DNA from: Octopus bimaculoides
Taxonomy: Eukaryota
Assembly: GCF_001194135.2 (NCBI RefSeq)
Contig: NC_068988.1
Span: 39,654,311 to 39,718,310 of the forward strand
Direction of reading: 5' to 3'
Length of the DNA: 64,000 nucleotides
Below are positions 25,140 to 38,879 of the stretch, in pieces. Under the pieces are notes generated by a model. The model saw nothing but the letters and a program-made list of their open reading frames with translations. It was not told where the DNA came from and did not search any database. The position numbers and the translations under genes are program-made. The stretch's first letter is position 1. Each line of letters starts with the position of its first letter.

Positions 25140-27900
25140 AAATAATGATTGGCTTAGTCGCTATTGAAGCAACAGTTGAAGAACCGTATGGATTTGATAA
25201 TCAGTTCTTAAATAGAATGGAACATCGGAAATCCAACACGCAAACAGTGATACCGTTGTCAAAAAGCAACCTAAACGATCATCAAATACAAAAAGTTGAT
25301 ACAGAACATCTAAAGAGAAAATATCACTTTCAAGAACAAAACAAAAAGAAATAACCTTAACACAAAATATTCTTACTCAAGGATACATGGAAAGTGATAC
25401 AGATCCCTTAGCTTTTAAACAGAACCTTATCGGAAGAAAGAGAAACTTCTCTCATTCTCGACTCAAGAGCTCCTTGAATCGGAGACACCAGTTGACACCA
25501 CACACGAGAAATTCTAAACGTAAAGACAACTTTAGACAAAACCAACCACACTTGATACTACACACCAGTAATTATAATCGTAATTATAAACTTTAGGCAG
25601 AACGACCTCAATAACGAAACTATTATAGTTCGAGGTTGAAAAGAGGAGCAGATAACAGATTTAACCACTACAGTAGTGCTAATACTCTTAAGTAAAACCT
25701 TAGGAATAATTTATTGGACAGGGCAAGCCAGACGGAATTTAAAACACTCCATGTCACAGACAGGAATGGATGATTCCGAATATTTGATGCCAAATATTTT
25801 CAACGCAAGAAGTTAGAATTTTCTGGAAAGGTCTGAAATTCACCACTCACCACAAGATTTCAACATGAACTATATACAGAACGACTAACAGAATAATTAT
25901 TTGACAAAGAAATCAATGTTGTACGAATAATTCACGGTAAAAGCACCTACAGGCCGACAAATGCTAGGAACCAAACATAGGACAACTTTTGTGATTTTAT
26001 AAACAATTTCCCTTATACATTAGTAATTTAAACTAAAAATTATCCGAATTATCCGATGCTGTCATTAAAAAAGCTGATAAAAGTAGTGCTCTAGTCATTA
26101 TGGACTATGAATAATTTAAAACACAGCGCTAGTCCTTCTTTGTGACGACATTTATGAAAAAGTAACACCTATCAACGATCCAAAATATTGAAGAAACTTA
26201 GTATCTTCATCCAACAGTTTCAAAAGGAAATCACAGTACATAAAAAGGACTATTTAACAAAATTTGACTGCAAAACTAGCAATTTTTTTTCAAACTTCCA
26301 AAAATACACAAGAGCAAAGCGATAAATTAAAGACCTCACTGGTTATAAATATGCTACATCCGAAAGATCTCAGATTCTGAGCAACTATAACAAGCACGTC
26401 CTGTGAAATATATAGACGCAATAACTTTATTGACATACTCCTACTACCAAACATTATAAAAGATGACTTAGATTTTCTAAACCATCTCTCAAGAACAATC
26501 AGCAAGGACTACCTTTTTGTGTGATTCAATGAAAGAAGTATGTATACCCAGATTCCACACAAATACGAGACTGAGGCTATATAATTCCCGCTGAGAAAAT
26601 TCCCAAACAAAATACTTGAAGGAAATGGGAAAGGATTTATCATTGAAGGAGTAAAATTCATCCTACAAAATGACTTTTTTAATTTCAAAGATAACACATA
26701 CCGACAAATATCTGGGACTGCGATGGGGACGATGGTAACTCCACATTGGCTAACGTTGTTATGGGAAAATAGAAGTCCAAATAGACGTGCAGGCCAGACT
26801 TAAATTTGGCGATAAATTCAATAAATACCTACTCATCAATTAGAAACGCTTCCTGGACGATTATTTGATCTTCTGGTCACAGAATCTAGATCAATTCTTC
26901 TGGGTTAAAAACTTAATAATATGAACCACAGTATCGTATTCACAATTGAATATAATAAAAACAGCTACTCTTACTGGACATTCTGATCATAAGAAGGGAT
27001 GAACATTAAAACCCGTATCTACTTTACACCAACAAACTTAAAAGAATATCTGCTTCTTTCTTCCAGTCATCCAAAGCGTAAGAAAATCAATATATCTTTT
27101 AATCTGGCACAAAGAATCTGCAGAAATGTATCCAATCTCGAGACTCGACAGAAACGAATCCATAAACTTAGAAATATATTACTCGATAAACAATAGTCTA
27201 TCAATTTTATGAATAACGATACTGAATACGCAGAAAGGATAGAAATCCAATAATCAAGAAAAACAAAACAAAAACCTTGCTGATACACTCAATAGCTAAC
27301 CTTATCTATCGATACGAAATACAAGAAGTACAGAAGCATACAACATTATTCATCAGAATACACCTATTTTAATGAACGTCCTACGAATGAACTAAAATTG
27401 AAAACACATAAAATGAAGGGTATACAGACTTACTAGGGTCAAATAATGCACCGAAAAATACATCCTCCAACAGAAAAAAAATATAACCGTTCTAATTACG
27501 GAATCTGTATCAACCACATAGAAAGTTCACAGTATAAATTCTAGTCTGGACAAATATTCGCAATAAAATTTCATTTCACCGGTGCATTGAGAAGTTAAGT
27601 TTATTAAATGCGTGGAGTGTAGTAGAAACTACATAAGAAGAATCTGAGAGACAAAATGACGGTACACAGGCAAGAGACTCGGGACCTCACGACCAAGAAA
27701 ATTGTGAGTAAACATCCCAAATACCAAATTTTTCGTCTATATCAATACCTTGGAAACATTTAGCCCAATTGCGATCAAATAAGGAAAATATGTTTACTAA
27801 GAAATAGAAATCACAACTTAATACTGTATAACAAGCACACTAGAATGAAAAAACTCAGTTTATTCCACTCAAGTGGAACCGACCAGAAACAAAAATAAAC
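25140..27900 (+). mobile_element. Decayed Penelope-like element 2 (canonical KADKG-type RT plus GIY-YIG)
   Basis: KGLKFT (about 25827), KADKSSALVIMD (26069-26106), YRQISGTAMG (about 26700-26728), KRFLDDYLIFW (about 26845), the SHP...NLAQRI ORF at 26999-27196, and KCVECSRNYI / LRDKMTVHRQ (about 27605-27675). The 5' limit is uncertain. Confidence 0.85.
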
Positions 27901-28383
27901 CAAAAGTTGAAGTACCGGTCTTCCTCTGGAATTCGAAATTCTGACTCCAAACTACCGTATAACTACACCTTACACTTTTTACACTATTTGCTAATAACAT
28001 CCTAAGCTTAACTAATTAGATTTTTCCTGATCAAAATCGGACTCACAAGGAAAAAAAATAAACATTCAGGTGACCGATACAAGATACATCTTAAGGCAAT
28101 CAATGAATCGAAACGTTGAAGAACCATCACACATAAACAAGTGACCAAAATATTTGATAAAGAAATGACGTATGCAGAAAACCACCCAAAGTGAAAACTG
28201 GATTACTATTTGTTATATAAAAAAAAGAGTTCAAAACAGTTGATAAACAAATGAAGTCAACAAGAAGTTAACCTGTCAGGATGTTAGACTGCTGCAAACC
28301 AAACTATTGGACTAGAAAATTCGAAAAACAAGTAACGTCGTTGAATTGATGAACAACCAGAATTTGAACCTATATTTTATAAA

Positions 28384-28428
<45 letters not shown>

Positions 28429-30668
28429 AAGCAATTTTAGCTTTAAACAGTTATCAAACAGCAAACTCAATGATAAATAATTCTCCTTTATGTACTACGA
28501 CAGAAATTAAAAATAATATTTTTTTCTGTCTCTTTTAAAGCTTCATCGTATCTCATTGTTAATATTACTTATTGCTTGAGAGCAAACAAACCTCAACTAT
28601 GTATGTATAAGTTTTATGAAATTCATCGAACAGGTGAACATTTATTTTCTATTGCTAGGAAATTAACTGAATATTATAATTTGTTCGAACACTTGATATA
28701 TGAATCATGTCGTAGCGAATGGTGCTCTTGTACCTTCAATCTCTTTAACTTCTTTATTTATCAATGGAAAGCAAAAATTGAGGAAACCGCTATGGTTTTT
28801 AATGAACATGTCAATGAAAATCAAAACTACATTTCGTTTTAAGACTGAGATGCATTTTCAACCCACAAACCAACTCTTCTATATTATTTCCATATATGTT
28901 TTTAAATATTTGGTGGTGAACAAAATAAGTACATGTGGGGAAATTCAGAACGGTTCCGTCAACTATAGTATTTATTAAAATAAATATCCTTTTACTAATT
29001 TCAAAAACCAGTGTGACGTTGTCTACAATTACGTTACTGACGGCTAATAAGATGAGTTTAAGACGTGTCATATTTGATTTTCATGTACGCCCCCATTAAC
29101 TCTAGGAAAAAATATAAATTCCGTTCATAATATAGCTCTTTATTCCAGCTCAAATTTAGTCAGTATTTGCAAATATTATGAGAAATATTTGCTAACAGCC
29201 TAGATACACACACACATTTAGACAGTAAATATAGACACACGCACCCAAACACGTATATGCTGCTTATGTACAAGCATCATTTTTGATCATATTCATTGAT
29301 GCCATAAAAGAGTGACGGCATCAACTTGTAACATATGTTGATGTATGTAATATGAAGGCAATTGATAACTCATACAAATCAACAGAAAACGTACTTTTAC
29401 GAAGAGTCAATTATTTTTCTTTTTAAGATTTCGTTTGCGCTTTTTTTTCTTCGAGTGAGTTGAGATTTTAGCAGGAGCTGTAGAAAGAAATTAAGAAAAG
29501 GAAAATATAAAAAGGAATGCTTGGTGAAGAAGAAAGTACATATTTTTCTCATCTAAAATTGAGATATCAAGAAGGAAAAGAAAAGGGATATAAAAGCAAC
29601 TACGTAAATGTGGGTGGAGATGAAAACATAAATGGAGGAGGCTGGGGTAGACGAAAGTGGAGTAGAAGCCGAAAAAAGAGGAGAAAATAAAAAGAGGAAA
29701 AGGAGAAAAGTGGAGGAGAAAAGGAAACAGGGGAAAAGGATGAGTAGAAAAGGTAAAGCATACATTGAATAAGAAAAATAATAAGAAGAGTAGGCGGAGG
29801 AGTAGGAGACGAGAAAATGACCGAATGAAACAAGGGGGCCAACTGGTTTACAGTCGGCAAATTTGCATCGGACAGTGTTTCACATATTTTTTTAATACAG
29901 TCTGCGATCTGAGTTCAAATCCTCCCGAGGGTGAAGTTTACCTTACATCTTTGTGGATGATTGCTGGAAGTCTAAGAATGCGGGGTCCAGAGGCCATGCA
30001 GCATTTGTTCTCGTTGCTTGTGTTCTGAGTTTAAATCCCGCCTTGATCTGTTTGAGTGGTAAGCATAACCCATATCGCGGCTAGACAACCCCTTCTAGAA
30101 ACCTTGGGTGCATTTACTAGGGTTCACTCTATTGCAAACATTCAGGTTAGGATTCTTGATAGATGGTACCACCTTTCCGTCCTCCCTCTTTCCCAACAAT
30201 ATCAAAAGCAACATAACACGTCAAATTCACTGCCTTATCACCTGACTAAATAATATATATATATATATGAAGAAAAATCGAGGAATGTGTTTCCTCAAAA
30301 TATATGTTGCTGTACCAGAATACTTTTGTCATCAACTGGCTTGGTTGTACATAGAATAGGTGAAAGAAATTGATCGCATGTAGGAAATAGCTAATAATAA
30401 TAATAATAGTGATAATAAGATGAAATAGTGAAAGGAAATCAATTGCAAATATAAAATGTAAACATAACGATAAATTTATCTTGGTGAGTAATTTTTTTTT
30501 CTTGTTAAGAACGTCGTATATTTTTATCGGATAGTATATATTTCGAAGCTTCACTTGATCTTCAAAGTATGTATATGAATGAAAAAAATTGTATTTTCAT
30601 CACCACCACCACCACCATAATCTATTCTGAATCTTTAAAGTATATATTTATATACATACAACATGCAT

Positions 30669-30670
<2 letters not shown>

Positions 30671-30751
<81 letters not shown>
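30671..30751. repeat. (CA)n microsatellite
   Basis: Read directly from the sequence. Confidence 0.98.
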
Positions 30752-30755
<4 letters not shown>

Positions 30756-31831
30756 TAACTAGAGAAAATAAAAGATAAAAATAACTGCCACATCATCTGC
30801 TAAATTTATGATTTCATTCAAAAGGATGTTATTGCTTTCTTTTCTATTCACTACAGTTACACAATAATTCATACATGTTTAAGCACATTTAGACGCCGAT
30901 ACAGTACACGTAAATTGCCAGGGAGCAGAGACAAAATTCTGATTTCTGTTTTATAGGAATAAACTCAACTGAATTGAATCTGTTGCATTAATTTACACGA
31001 TACCCAATGAAGTAGCTTCGAATCACAAAAGGAGCCGCATGAAATGTTTCTAATTAATATCTAAATTATTTAGTCTACGGTAGGAAAACAGACGAAATTA
31101 TCCTACAAATGGAAATTGGGATCAAATAATTGTAGTAAAGTGGGCTGTGTTAAAATCACTCGAGGACCAGGTAGACAGTGTTAAACAACCTTACGGATTA
31201 AATCTATTAATAAAGAACTAAAACAGTCATTCTGAATTGCTTACAGAGACTTTTCATCTAAGAGATTTTACTCACAGCAGAAGTCATATGTACTCGTATT
31301 ACAAACTTGAGTCTAAAAAAAAAAAAAAAAAAAAGAATGATAGTTTGGATAATGTAATCCTAGATATATTCTGTCTGAAACAAAAAGACAGGTTGGCCAC
31401 GGCTGAAATGCTTTTGATATTATGACATCATGTTAACTAAAACAGCAACAGTATAAAGGCAATAGAAACAAAGCTTCTAAGCAATGCAAAAACTCGTTTG
31501 ACGTAAACATTCTTACAGACACCGCACGTTTATTTTACACCAAAGACATACCCATGTTCGTATTTACAAGGAGTACGTTTACAGATGTAAAAAATATCAG
31601 TGGTATAAAAAGCAAGAGGGGAAGAAATAGATCGTAGCAAATATATGTGTTGGATAAGTAATAAGTAATGCATTATATCTGAAACTGAATCTTTACTTCT
31701 ACATTTATTATTGTTTGAGAACTGAACATGAGTAAAGACATTCTAAATATGACTACCCACATTTCTTGAAAGTTCGAGTCAACTTTTTTTTTTTATATGC
31801 CTCGACTCTTCTCAGACATACATTATGGTGG

Positions 31832-32390
31832 CACAGGATGGAGCAGAGAAGAGGGACGTTTTTGAAAAATTCGCAAAATCATTAACTTTTAGATGCAAAC
31901 AAATTTTCTCGACATCAATGTATTTGTATTGAATTAGCATTTGTCAAAATCAAGTGTAAAAAACAACAGCCATCATGTGGTGTCCGTTTTCATTGGTGCA
32001 TTTCTGAAGGCGTTTTTGGAAGTTGGCCTCCAGTATCTCCAGCATTGCTATGTCGAGAGGGGCGAGTTACATGCGAATAACTACCTGTAAATCATCCAGT
32101 GTACGGGGCTTATGCGCATATACACGTAACTCAAGGTTTCCCCACAATAAATAACAACACATAAACAAATCAGGCAAAGGAATGTCAGCAAACCTAGAAA
32201 TGAGGCGGTCACCGAAAAGAGGGCGAAGAACATCTATTGATGCTTTGGATGTATGGGTCGTCGCCCCATGCTGCTGAAACCACACACGTTGAATAGGCAT
32301 ACGTTTTTGTTGTAATTCAGACACAAGGAAGTTGTTTATCATCTCGATGGAAAGCTCAGAGTATTTCCATTATTGTCTTCAAAATACATT
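31832..32390 (-). mobile_element. Tc1/mariner remnant (3' part of transposase plus one TIR)
   Basis: ORF 32067-32342: WFQQHGATTHT...FGDRLISR...LWG...VYAHKPRTL. The TIR-like end CAGGATGGAGCAGAGAAGAGGGACG is shared with the 52095 copy. Confidence 0.88.
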
Positions 32391-32394
32391 TCAC

Positions 32395-32517
32395 TCAAAT
32401 CGTCTCACAAGGCTTTGGTCGGCCTGAGGCCATAGTAGAAAACATTAGCTCAACATGCCACGCAGTGGGACTGAACCCGCAACCATGTGATTGATAAGCA
32501 AGCTACTTACCACGCAC
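32395..32517 (-). mobile_element. SINE family B 5' half
   Basis: Reverse complement of GTGGTAAGTAGCTTGCTT...GGGTTCAGTCCCACTGCGTGGCA...GCCTTGTGAG. Confidence 0.88.
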
Positions 32518-33486
32518 GCACACACGCACATATTAATGTTCATTTATAATAAAAATAATTTTACATTAATCTGATGGGTTACTTTATACATTTGTAGAGT
32601 GCATATTTATGGTTCTTATACAAGAAGCCAACGATGGTTTAATTGGCCGAAACTTCGAAGTCACTGTCAGCAACAGTCTTGTATGACTATCTATCTGTCA
32701 GTATGCATGTATGTATGTATATATTGTTTAGTAATATATATTCAGTTGAATTTTTCTTTTACATATACAATATTGATGAATACTGTAATTGTGCCAGCAA
32801 AATGATTTACTACTCTGTATGTGAAATATTCTTAATGGTAAATGTTAATTCCAACAGCCGTGAGTAATAGAAATAGTTAATGTCAGTAGAATGCTATAAT
32901 TTATTGTCGTTTTGTTTCCTAAATGACTTCATCAGTCGGTGAATTGTAAGAGTTGTTCACGATTTGACAAAATGTGGCATTGTACTTGTTCCGATTCGTT
33001 ATTTTCTGGGTACAAATCCCGCCATAGCCTACTTTGGTTGTAAACTCAATCCGTTACCCGTTAAAACACTGCGCTCTAATTCTTTTGGTGCCTTTAACAG
33101 AGTTATCTGTGTTGCAAACATAAATATCTGCTATAACGGATTGTAGATTTTACAGTCCCTAATATTTAAAAGACTTACAAAAAAAAAAAAAAAAAAAAAA
33201 TTAAGACATTGTGTTGAAACTGAAAAAGCCATTCTCCATATAACTGTATTAACAACAGCAGTAGCAATAGCAGGAATAAACCAGGACTCCTGTACATGAT
33301 CGCATAATTTCCTAGAAATATTAATGAAATTTCGCTTAAGCCGCAACACAACGCCTTAAATAACGTAGGATATAAGGGCAATGTCATGTGTGATATATAA
33401 AGTGATGTGAAGATTATGTCTGAAACACCTTAACTCATAGGGTTCCGACGCCAAGTATATTCTACTAAACAACATTGCAACAGCAG

Positions 33487-34281
33487 TACCTTTTACTCTT
33501 TTATCTTCCACTTGTTTCAGTCATTGGACTGCGGCAATGCTGGGGCAACGCCTTGAACAATTTGTTTTAGTCGAATGAATCGACCCCAGTATTAATGTTT
33601 TTTTATTTGATAAGTCTGGTACTTATTCTATCGGTCTCTTTTGCCGAACCGCTTAGATACGGGAAAGTAAACACACCAGCATCGGTAGTCAAGCGGTGGT
33701 TGGGGACAAACACAGACACATACACACACACACACACACATAAACGCACACACACGCGCACATACGTATGTATGTATGTATGTATGTATGTATGTATGTA
33801 TGTATGNNNNNNNNNNNNNNNNNNNNNNNNNNNNNNNNNNNNNNNNNNNNNNNNNNNNNNNNNNNNNNNNNNNNNNNNNNNNNNNNNNNNNNNNNNNNNN
33901 NNNNNNNNNNNNNNNNNNNNNNNNNNNNNNNNNNNNNNNNNNNNNNNNNNNNNNNNNNNNNNNNNNNNNNNNNNNNNNNNNNNNNNNNNNNNNNNNNNNN
34001 NNNNNNNNNNNNNNNNNNNNNNNNNNNNNNNNNNNNNNNNNNNNNNNNNNNNNNNNNNNNNNNNNNNNNNNNNNNNNNNNNNNNNNNNNNNNNNNNNNNN
34101 NATATATGAATATGTACGACGGGCTTCTTTAAGTTTCCGTCTACTAAATCCACTCAGAAGGCTTTGGTCAGCCTGAGGCTATAGTAGTAGACACTTACCC
34201 AAGGTGCCCCGCAGTTGGATTAAACCCGGAACCATGTGGTTTCTAAGCAAACTTCTTACCATACTGCCACGCTTACGCCTA
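33487..34281 (-). mobile_element. SINE family B, full length, with an N-gap in its internal microsatellite
   Basis: Head at 34115-34281 (GGCACCTTGGGTAAGTGTC, CORE-like) and 3' half at 33487-33715, separated by (CA)/(TATG)n and the gap. Confidence 0.92.
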
Positions 34282-34820
34282 TTAGATTTTTTTTTAAAGA
34301 TGAGATTGGACAATGATACTTCGGCGTATATAATTGTAAAATGAAACAAAAATAAAAAAAAAAAGAAATAGTAAAAACAGAAAGGAAAAATGACAACGGG
34401 ATGGGTAGCGTTAGAATACCTTTGATCATGTATTTGATCAATCAGATCTAGCTTCGAGTGAAAAAATAACAACCACAACAACAATGACAAAAAGAAACAC
34501 AACAAAAACAAAGACATCGAAACGAAATCCTCAACAACAACGTGATCTATACAAACAGGAATGGTAAATAGCCGTAACAATAGAATTTAACGGCAATAAA
34601 AGCTAAACAGCTTCCATGTTGTTGTATTCTCTTAAAAGCGTGTTAACAGGTGAATAAACTTAAATGGTTTGGATAAAGTGATAGGAAGGGGCGAAGTTGG
34701 GTAGGATCGGAGGAAACGGTAAATTATGGCAATGATATAGTGGAATAACCGAAGGTGTGTTTTTTTATGTTTATTGTAGCAATAGTGTCGATATTGGATG
34801 GGCAACAAACATGGTATATT

Positions 34821-34824
<4 letters not shown>

Positions 34825-34873
<49 letters not shown>

Positions 34874-34877
34874 ATAA

Positions 34878-34910
<33 letters not shown>

Positions 34911-35150
34911 CAGTAGTGGTGGTGGTGGTGGTGGTAGTAGCAGTATTAGTCGTGGTAGTGGTAGAACTGGTGGTGGTGACAGTACTGTTGCTGGTGATGA
35001 TATTATAGTAGTAGATGTAGTAGTAGTAGCAGCAGTAGTAGTAGTGGTCGTGGTAGTAGTAGTAGCAGCAGCATAGTAATAGTGGTGGGTGATTGTAATA
35101 GTAGTAGTAGTAGTAGTAGTGCTGGTGACAGGGGTTTGTGGTGGTGGTCA
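34825..35150. repeat. Mosaic (GTA)/(GTG)/(GCA) trinucleotide low-complexity tract
   Basis: Read directly; explains the poly-S/V/T/Y ORFs. Confidence 0.93.
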
Positions 35151-35313
35151 TTGTTACGACTATAATTTGGTTTTAAATAAAACTTCCGCTAATGATAACC
35201 AATGATGACTTAAACCATTATTATTATGAACAAATTAACGTTCGATATAAGATCAGGACAATGAAAAACGATCATGATGGTCACGATAAAGCTGATGATG
35301 TGTGTGTATGTAA

Positions 35314-35399
<86 letters not shown>

Positions 35400-35651
35400 G
35401 TTTTAGAATATATGAGAATTTTTGCGCGAATAAAGATGTAAGAAACGAGCAAGATATTAAAAGGAAGGATAAAATAGAAACACTTATAATGTGTATGTGT
35501 GGGGAAATTATAGTTTATCGATATAACAATGAAAGATGGTGTTATGTTATTGATCCCCAGGCCAGCCTTGAATATAATAAAAGGCAAAGCAACCATGACA
35601 ATGCTGTCTATTTAGATATAAACAATGACCCTTGGACTTCTCCGGATTTGT

Positions 35652-35830
35652 ACGCACAGGCGTGGCTGTGAGGCAAGAAGCCTTTTTCTCAATCACATAG
35701 TTCTAGGTTTAGTCTCATTGTGTGTCACCTTCGGCGTGTGTCTTCTATTGCAATCTCAAGTTGACTAAAGCCTTGTGAGTAGATACGGTAGACAAATACT
35801 GAAAGAAACCCACCGTATATATATATATAT
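35652..35830 (+). mobile_element. SINE family B 5' half (degenerate)
   Basis: CAGGCGTGGCTGTG...AAAGCCTTGTGAG...CTGAAAGAAACCC.CCGTATATAT. Confidence 0.8.
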
Positions 35831-35847
35831 ATAATTTATATATATAT

Positions 35848-36157
35848 CTGCTGAGACCCACTTCGGTCAAGAATGACCATGGGATTGCACCTAGAAAGTT
35901 ACCCTCCGAGGCAAAAGTCCGGGCAAAGTTGTTTGTGGAAGGGGCTAGCAGTCGCCCATGCATACCGGCCTCCCCTCTCCCTGCCACCGATGTTATCCAA
36001 GGAAAGGGCAAAGGAGCCGATACAGCTTGGCACCAGTAACGTCGCAACACATTTGTACAGCTGAGTGAACTGGAGCAACGTGAAATACAGTGTCTTGCTC
36101 CAGAACACAACACGCAGCCCGGTCCGGGATTCGAACTCACCCCCTTGTGATCGCAAC
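35848..36157 (-). mobile_element. SINE family D-like (B box, CORE-like domain, distinct tail)
   Basis: Minus strand reads GAGTTCGAATCCC...GTGTTCTGGAGCAAGACACT...GTTGCTCCAGTTCACTCAGCTG, similar to the MIR-type CORE GACCTTGGGCAAGTCACTT. Confidence 0.75.
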
Positions 36158-36194
36158 GATGATGATAATAGAATAGCAAGTGTTAGTGATGATA

Positions 36195-36231
<37 letters not shown>

Positions 36232-36414
36232 CGACAACAACGCTGTTAATGATGGAGATTAACGTAAGTATGTTCTAAATCTTTGTTGTATTATTTAACA
36301 TAGAATTATAAGAACCGTTGCGTGGAGGCACTTACGCGTATGTGTGTATGTATGTGTGTGTGCACTTATATGTAAGATAGATATGGTATGCATATGATTG
36401 TAGTTTTGTAAGCT

Positions 36415-36458
<44 letters not shown>

Positions 36459-37496
36459 TGTGTGCGTATGTATGTGCGTGTGTTTGGGATAAATTGTAAG
36501 AGTGTGCGTTTGTTGTGGAAAAAGTAAATAGTCGAGCAAGAAGAGCTAAGAGCTGCGTGAATATATTTGAAAGAATGAATGAAGTTGCTATTTTATCTAG
36601 GTACATGTGTACTCAGGTGTATCACCGATAAACGTATGATAATCCATTTTGATATCATGGCATAATGATATGAGATGTTTTGGTGTTCATACATTTCCCA
36701 ATAACAGTAACGCAATAAGTGACCATGCTACCACCAGCAAAAGAATTGTAGTGGTTGATGAGATAACGAGAGAATATCTAAATGGTCGCTGTAGTTGCTC
36801 GTAATAGCAGCTAAATTCACCTTAAATATTGTTTTAAAGGATAGGAGTGGCTCATTAGGAATGACAGAATAGGAGTGACATATGTATTCCATAATACATT
36901 ATTCTGGAAACGAAAAGGTGTAAGGTTCATAACTGAAATACGTTAATAATAAGTCTGCAAAATCTGGGCAAAATTTTGACTAATTAACAGGTGAAAATAC
37001 CAAAAGCAATTTGAATAGAAAATCTACTTCGCCGAGAACGTGGCACATACATCGCAGAGTGGATGTCTTTATTAAAGAAATCACAGCATGATACATAGGA
37101 AGAGAACAAGAAGGGAACATGCAACCGCATACACTCACAGACGCAGACAGAGACTCTCTTTCTCTGTCGATCTGTCTGCCTCTCTCTCTCTCTCGCACAC
37201 GTACGCATGCACGCACGCACACACAGAGCCGATACACACAAGCTGAATTGTTTCCAAAGAGGTTAAATTATTTGCAAGTAGACAGGAATCAAATCTGAAC
37301 GTTATGACTTTTATGGTTTTCATGCTATGAAATTTGTGGGTTTCGTGCATTTGGCTGTCATAGTGTAAGTAAAGAGACATAAAATTGAATAGAGGTCGGA
37401 TGTTAAAATCGTTGGACAACGATTTCCGCTCTTTAGCCTTTTTGTCTATCTATTTGCCTGCCTACTACCTGCCTGCCTACCTACCTGCCTGCATGC

Positions 37497-37575
<79 letters not shown>

Positions 37576-37639
37576 GCGCATGACCAGTCCACCGACTGGC
37601 CTCCTGTATATATACTCGTATATATATCTTTATATAAAC

Positions 37640-37670
<31 letters not shown>

Positions 37671-37741
37671 TCTATCTATCTATCTATCTATCTATCTCAG
37701 TGCTTGCTCTCTAATACGTAGCTCAATATTATATAGCTACT

Positions 37742-37954
37742 AGGCGGCGAGCTGGCAGAAACGTTAGCACTCTGGGCGGAATGCTTAACGTTATTTCGTC
37801 TGTCTTTACGTTCTGAGTTCAAATTCCGCCGAGGTTGACTTTGCCTGTCATCCTTTCAGGGTCGATAAATTAAGTACCAGCTGCATAATGGAGTCAATCA
37901 ACTCGACTGGCCTCCTGCTCCAAAATTTCGGGCATTGTGTCTACAGTAGAAAAG
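37742..37954 (+). mobile_element. SINE family A, full length, with TSD
   Basis: AGGCGGCGAGCTGGCAGAAACGTTAGCAC...GTAGAAAAG; 17-bp TSD (15/17) at 37725-37741 and 37955-37971. Confidence 0.95.
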
Positions 37955-38256
37955 AATACTATATACCTACTATATACTTATTACGTATGTGCAGGATTTT
38001 GTGATTCAAGCTTACGAAGTCGCGGCTTCGATTCTTGAACCGGGCTGCGGTTACATTATTTCCCGCTATTCCAATCTAATCAACAAAAAGTGACTACCAA
38101 TAATATTTGGGAGTTAAAACGCAACTGTCTGCTGTCCTATCAAGAGGGTGTGCCATGTACTTTCAAGTGGCCTAAAAACCTCGAAATCTAGAACAAGCCG
38201 CGCTTATATAATCATGAAATCTTTTGGCAAACTTTAAATTTATAAAGGGACGTCAC

Positions 38257-38720
38257 CTGTACAAGCATGGCTGTGTAATAAAAAGTTTGCTTTCCATTTA
38301 CAAGGTTCCAGGTTCGTTCCCACTGAGTAGCATCTTGGGCAAGTGGAATCTTTTATACCTCGTGCCACCATAGCCTCGTGAATGGATTTGGTAGCTGGAA
38401 ATTGAAAAAAAACCGTCGTGCATATGCATGCGTGTGTGTGTGTGTGTTTTGTGTACGCGTCTGTGTATGTGTGTGTAAGTGTATGTGCGTGTATGTGTTT
38501 GTGTGTGAGTGTATGCATTTGTGTCTGTGTTTGTCCCCCAACACCGCTTGACAACCGGTGTTGGGATGTTTAATTTCCCGTAACCTAGCGGTTCGGCGAG
38601 ACAGAACTACAAAATAAGTATCAGACTCGAAATACTAAATACTGGGGTCATTTCGTTTGACCAAAGTACCTCAAGTTATTAGACTGCATGACTACAGTCT
38701 AATGACTGAAACAAATAAAC
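38257..38720 (+). mobile_element. SINE family B, near full length, diverged
   Basis: Head, CATCTTGGGCAAGTG, internal (GT)n, ACCGCTTGACAACCG and AATGACTGAAACAA tail. Confidence 0.88.
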
Positions 38721-38819
38721 GGTTTATATGTATGTTGATGCACATACATATATACATATAGTGAGAGATTACATCCTCCAATAGGTTAATGTTTAAAAGG
38801 GAGCTTGGTGTGATTTCAG

Positions 38820-38879
38820 ACACACACACACACGCATGCATATGCACGACGGTTTTTTTTCAATTTCCAGCTACCAAAT
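38820..38879 (-). repeat. Perfect 60-bp inverted copy of 38386-38445
   Basis: Base-by-base reverse-complement identity, including copy-specific substitutions. Confidence 0.92.

Noticed and set aside
33175-33310. Poly-Leu signal-peptide-like ORF MYRSPGLFLLLLLLLLIQ (minus strand)
   Set aside because: The Leu run derives from a CTR/TTG low-complexity tract, there is no proper donor, and the frame ends after poly-T.
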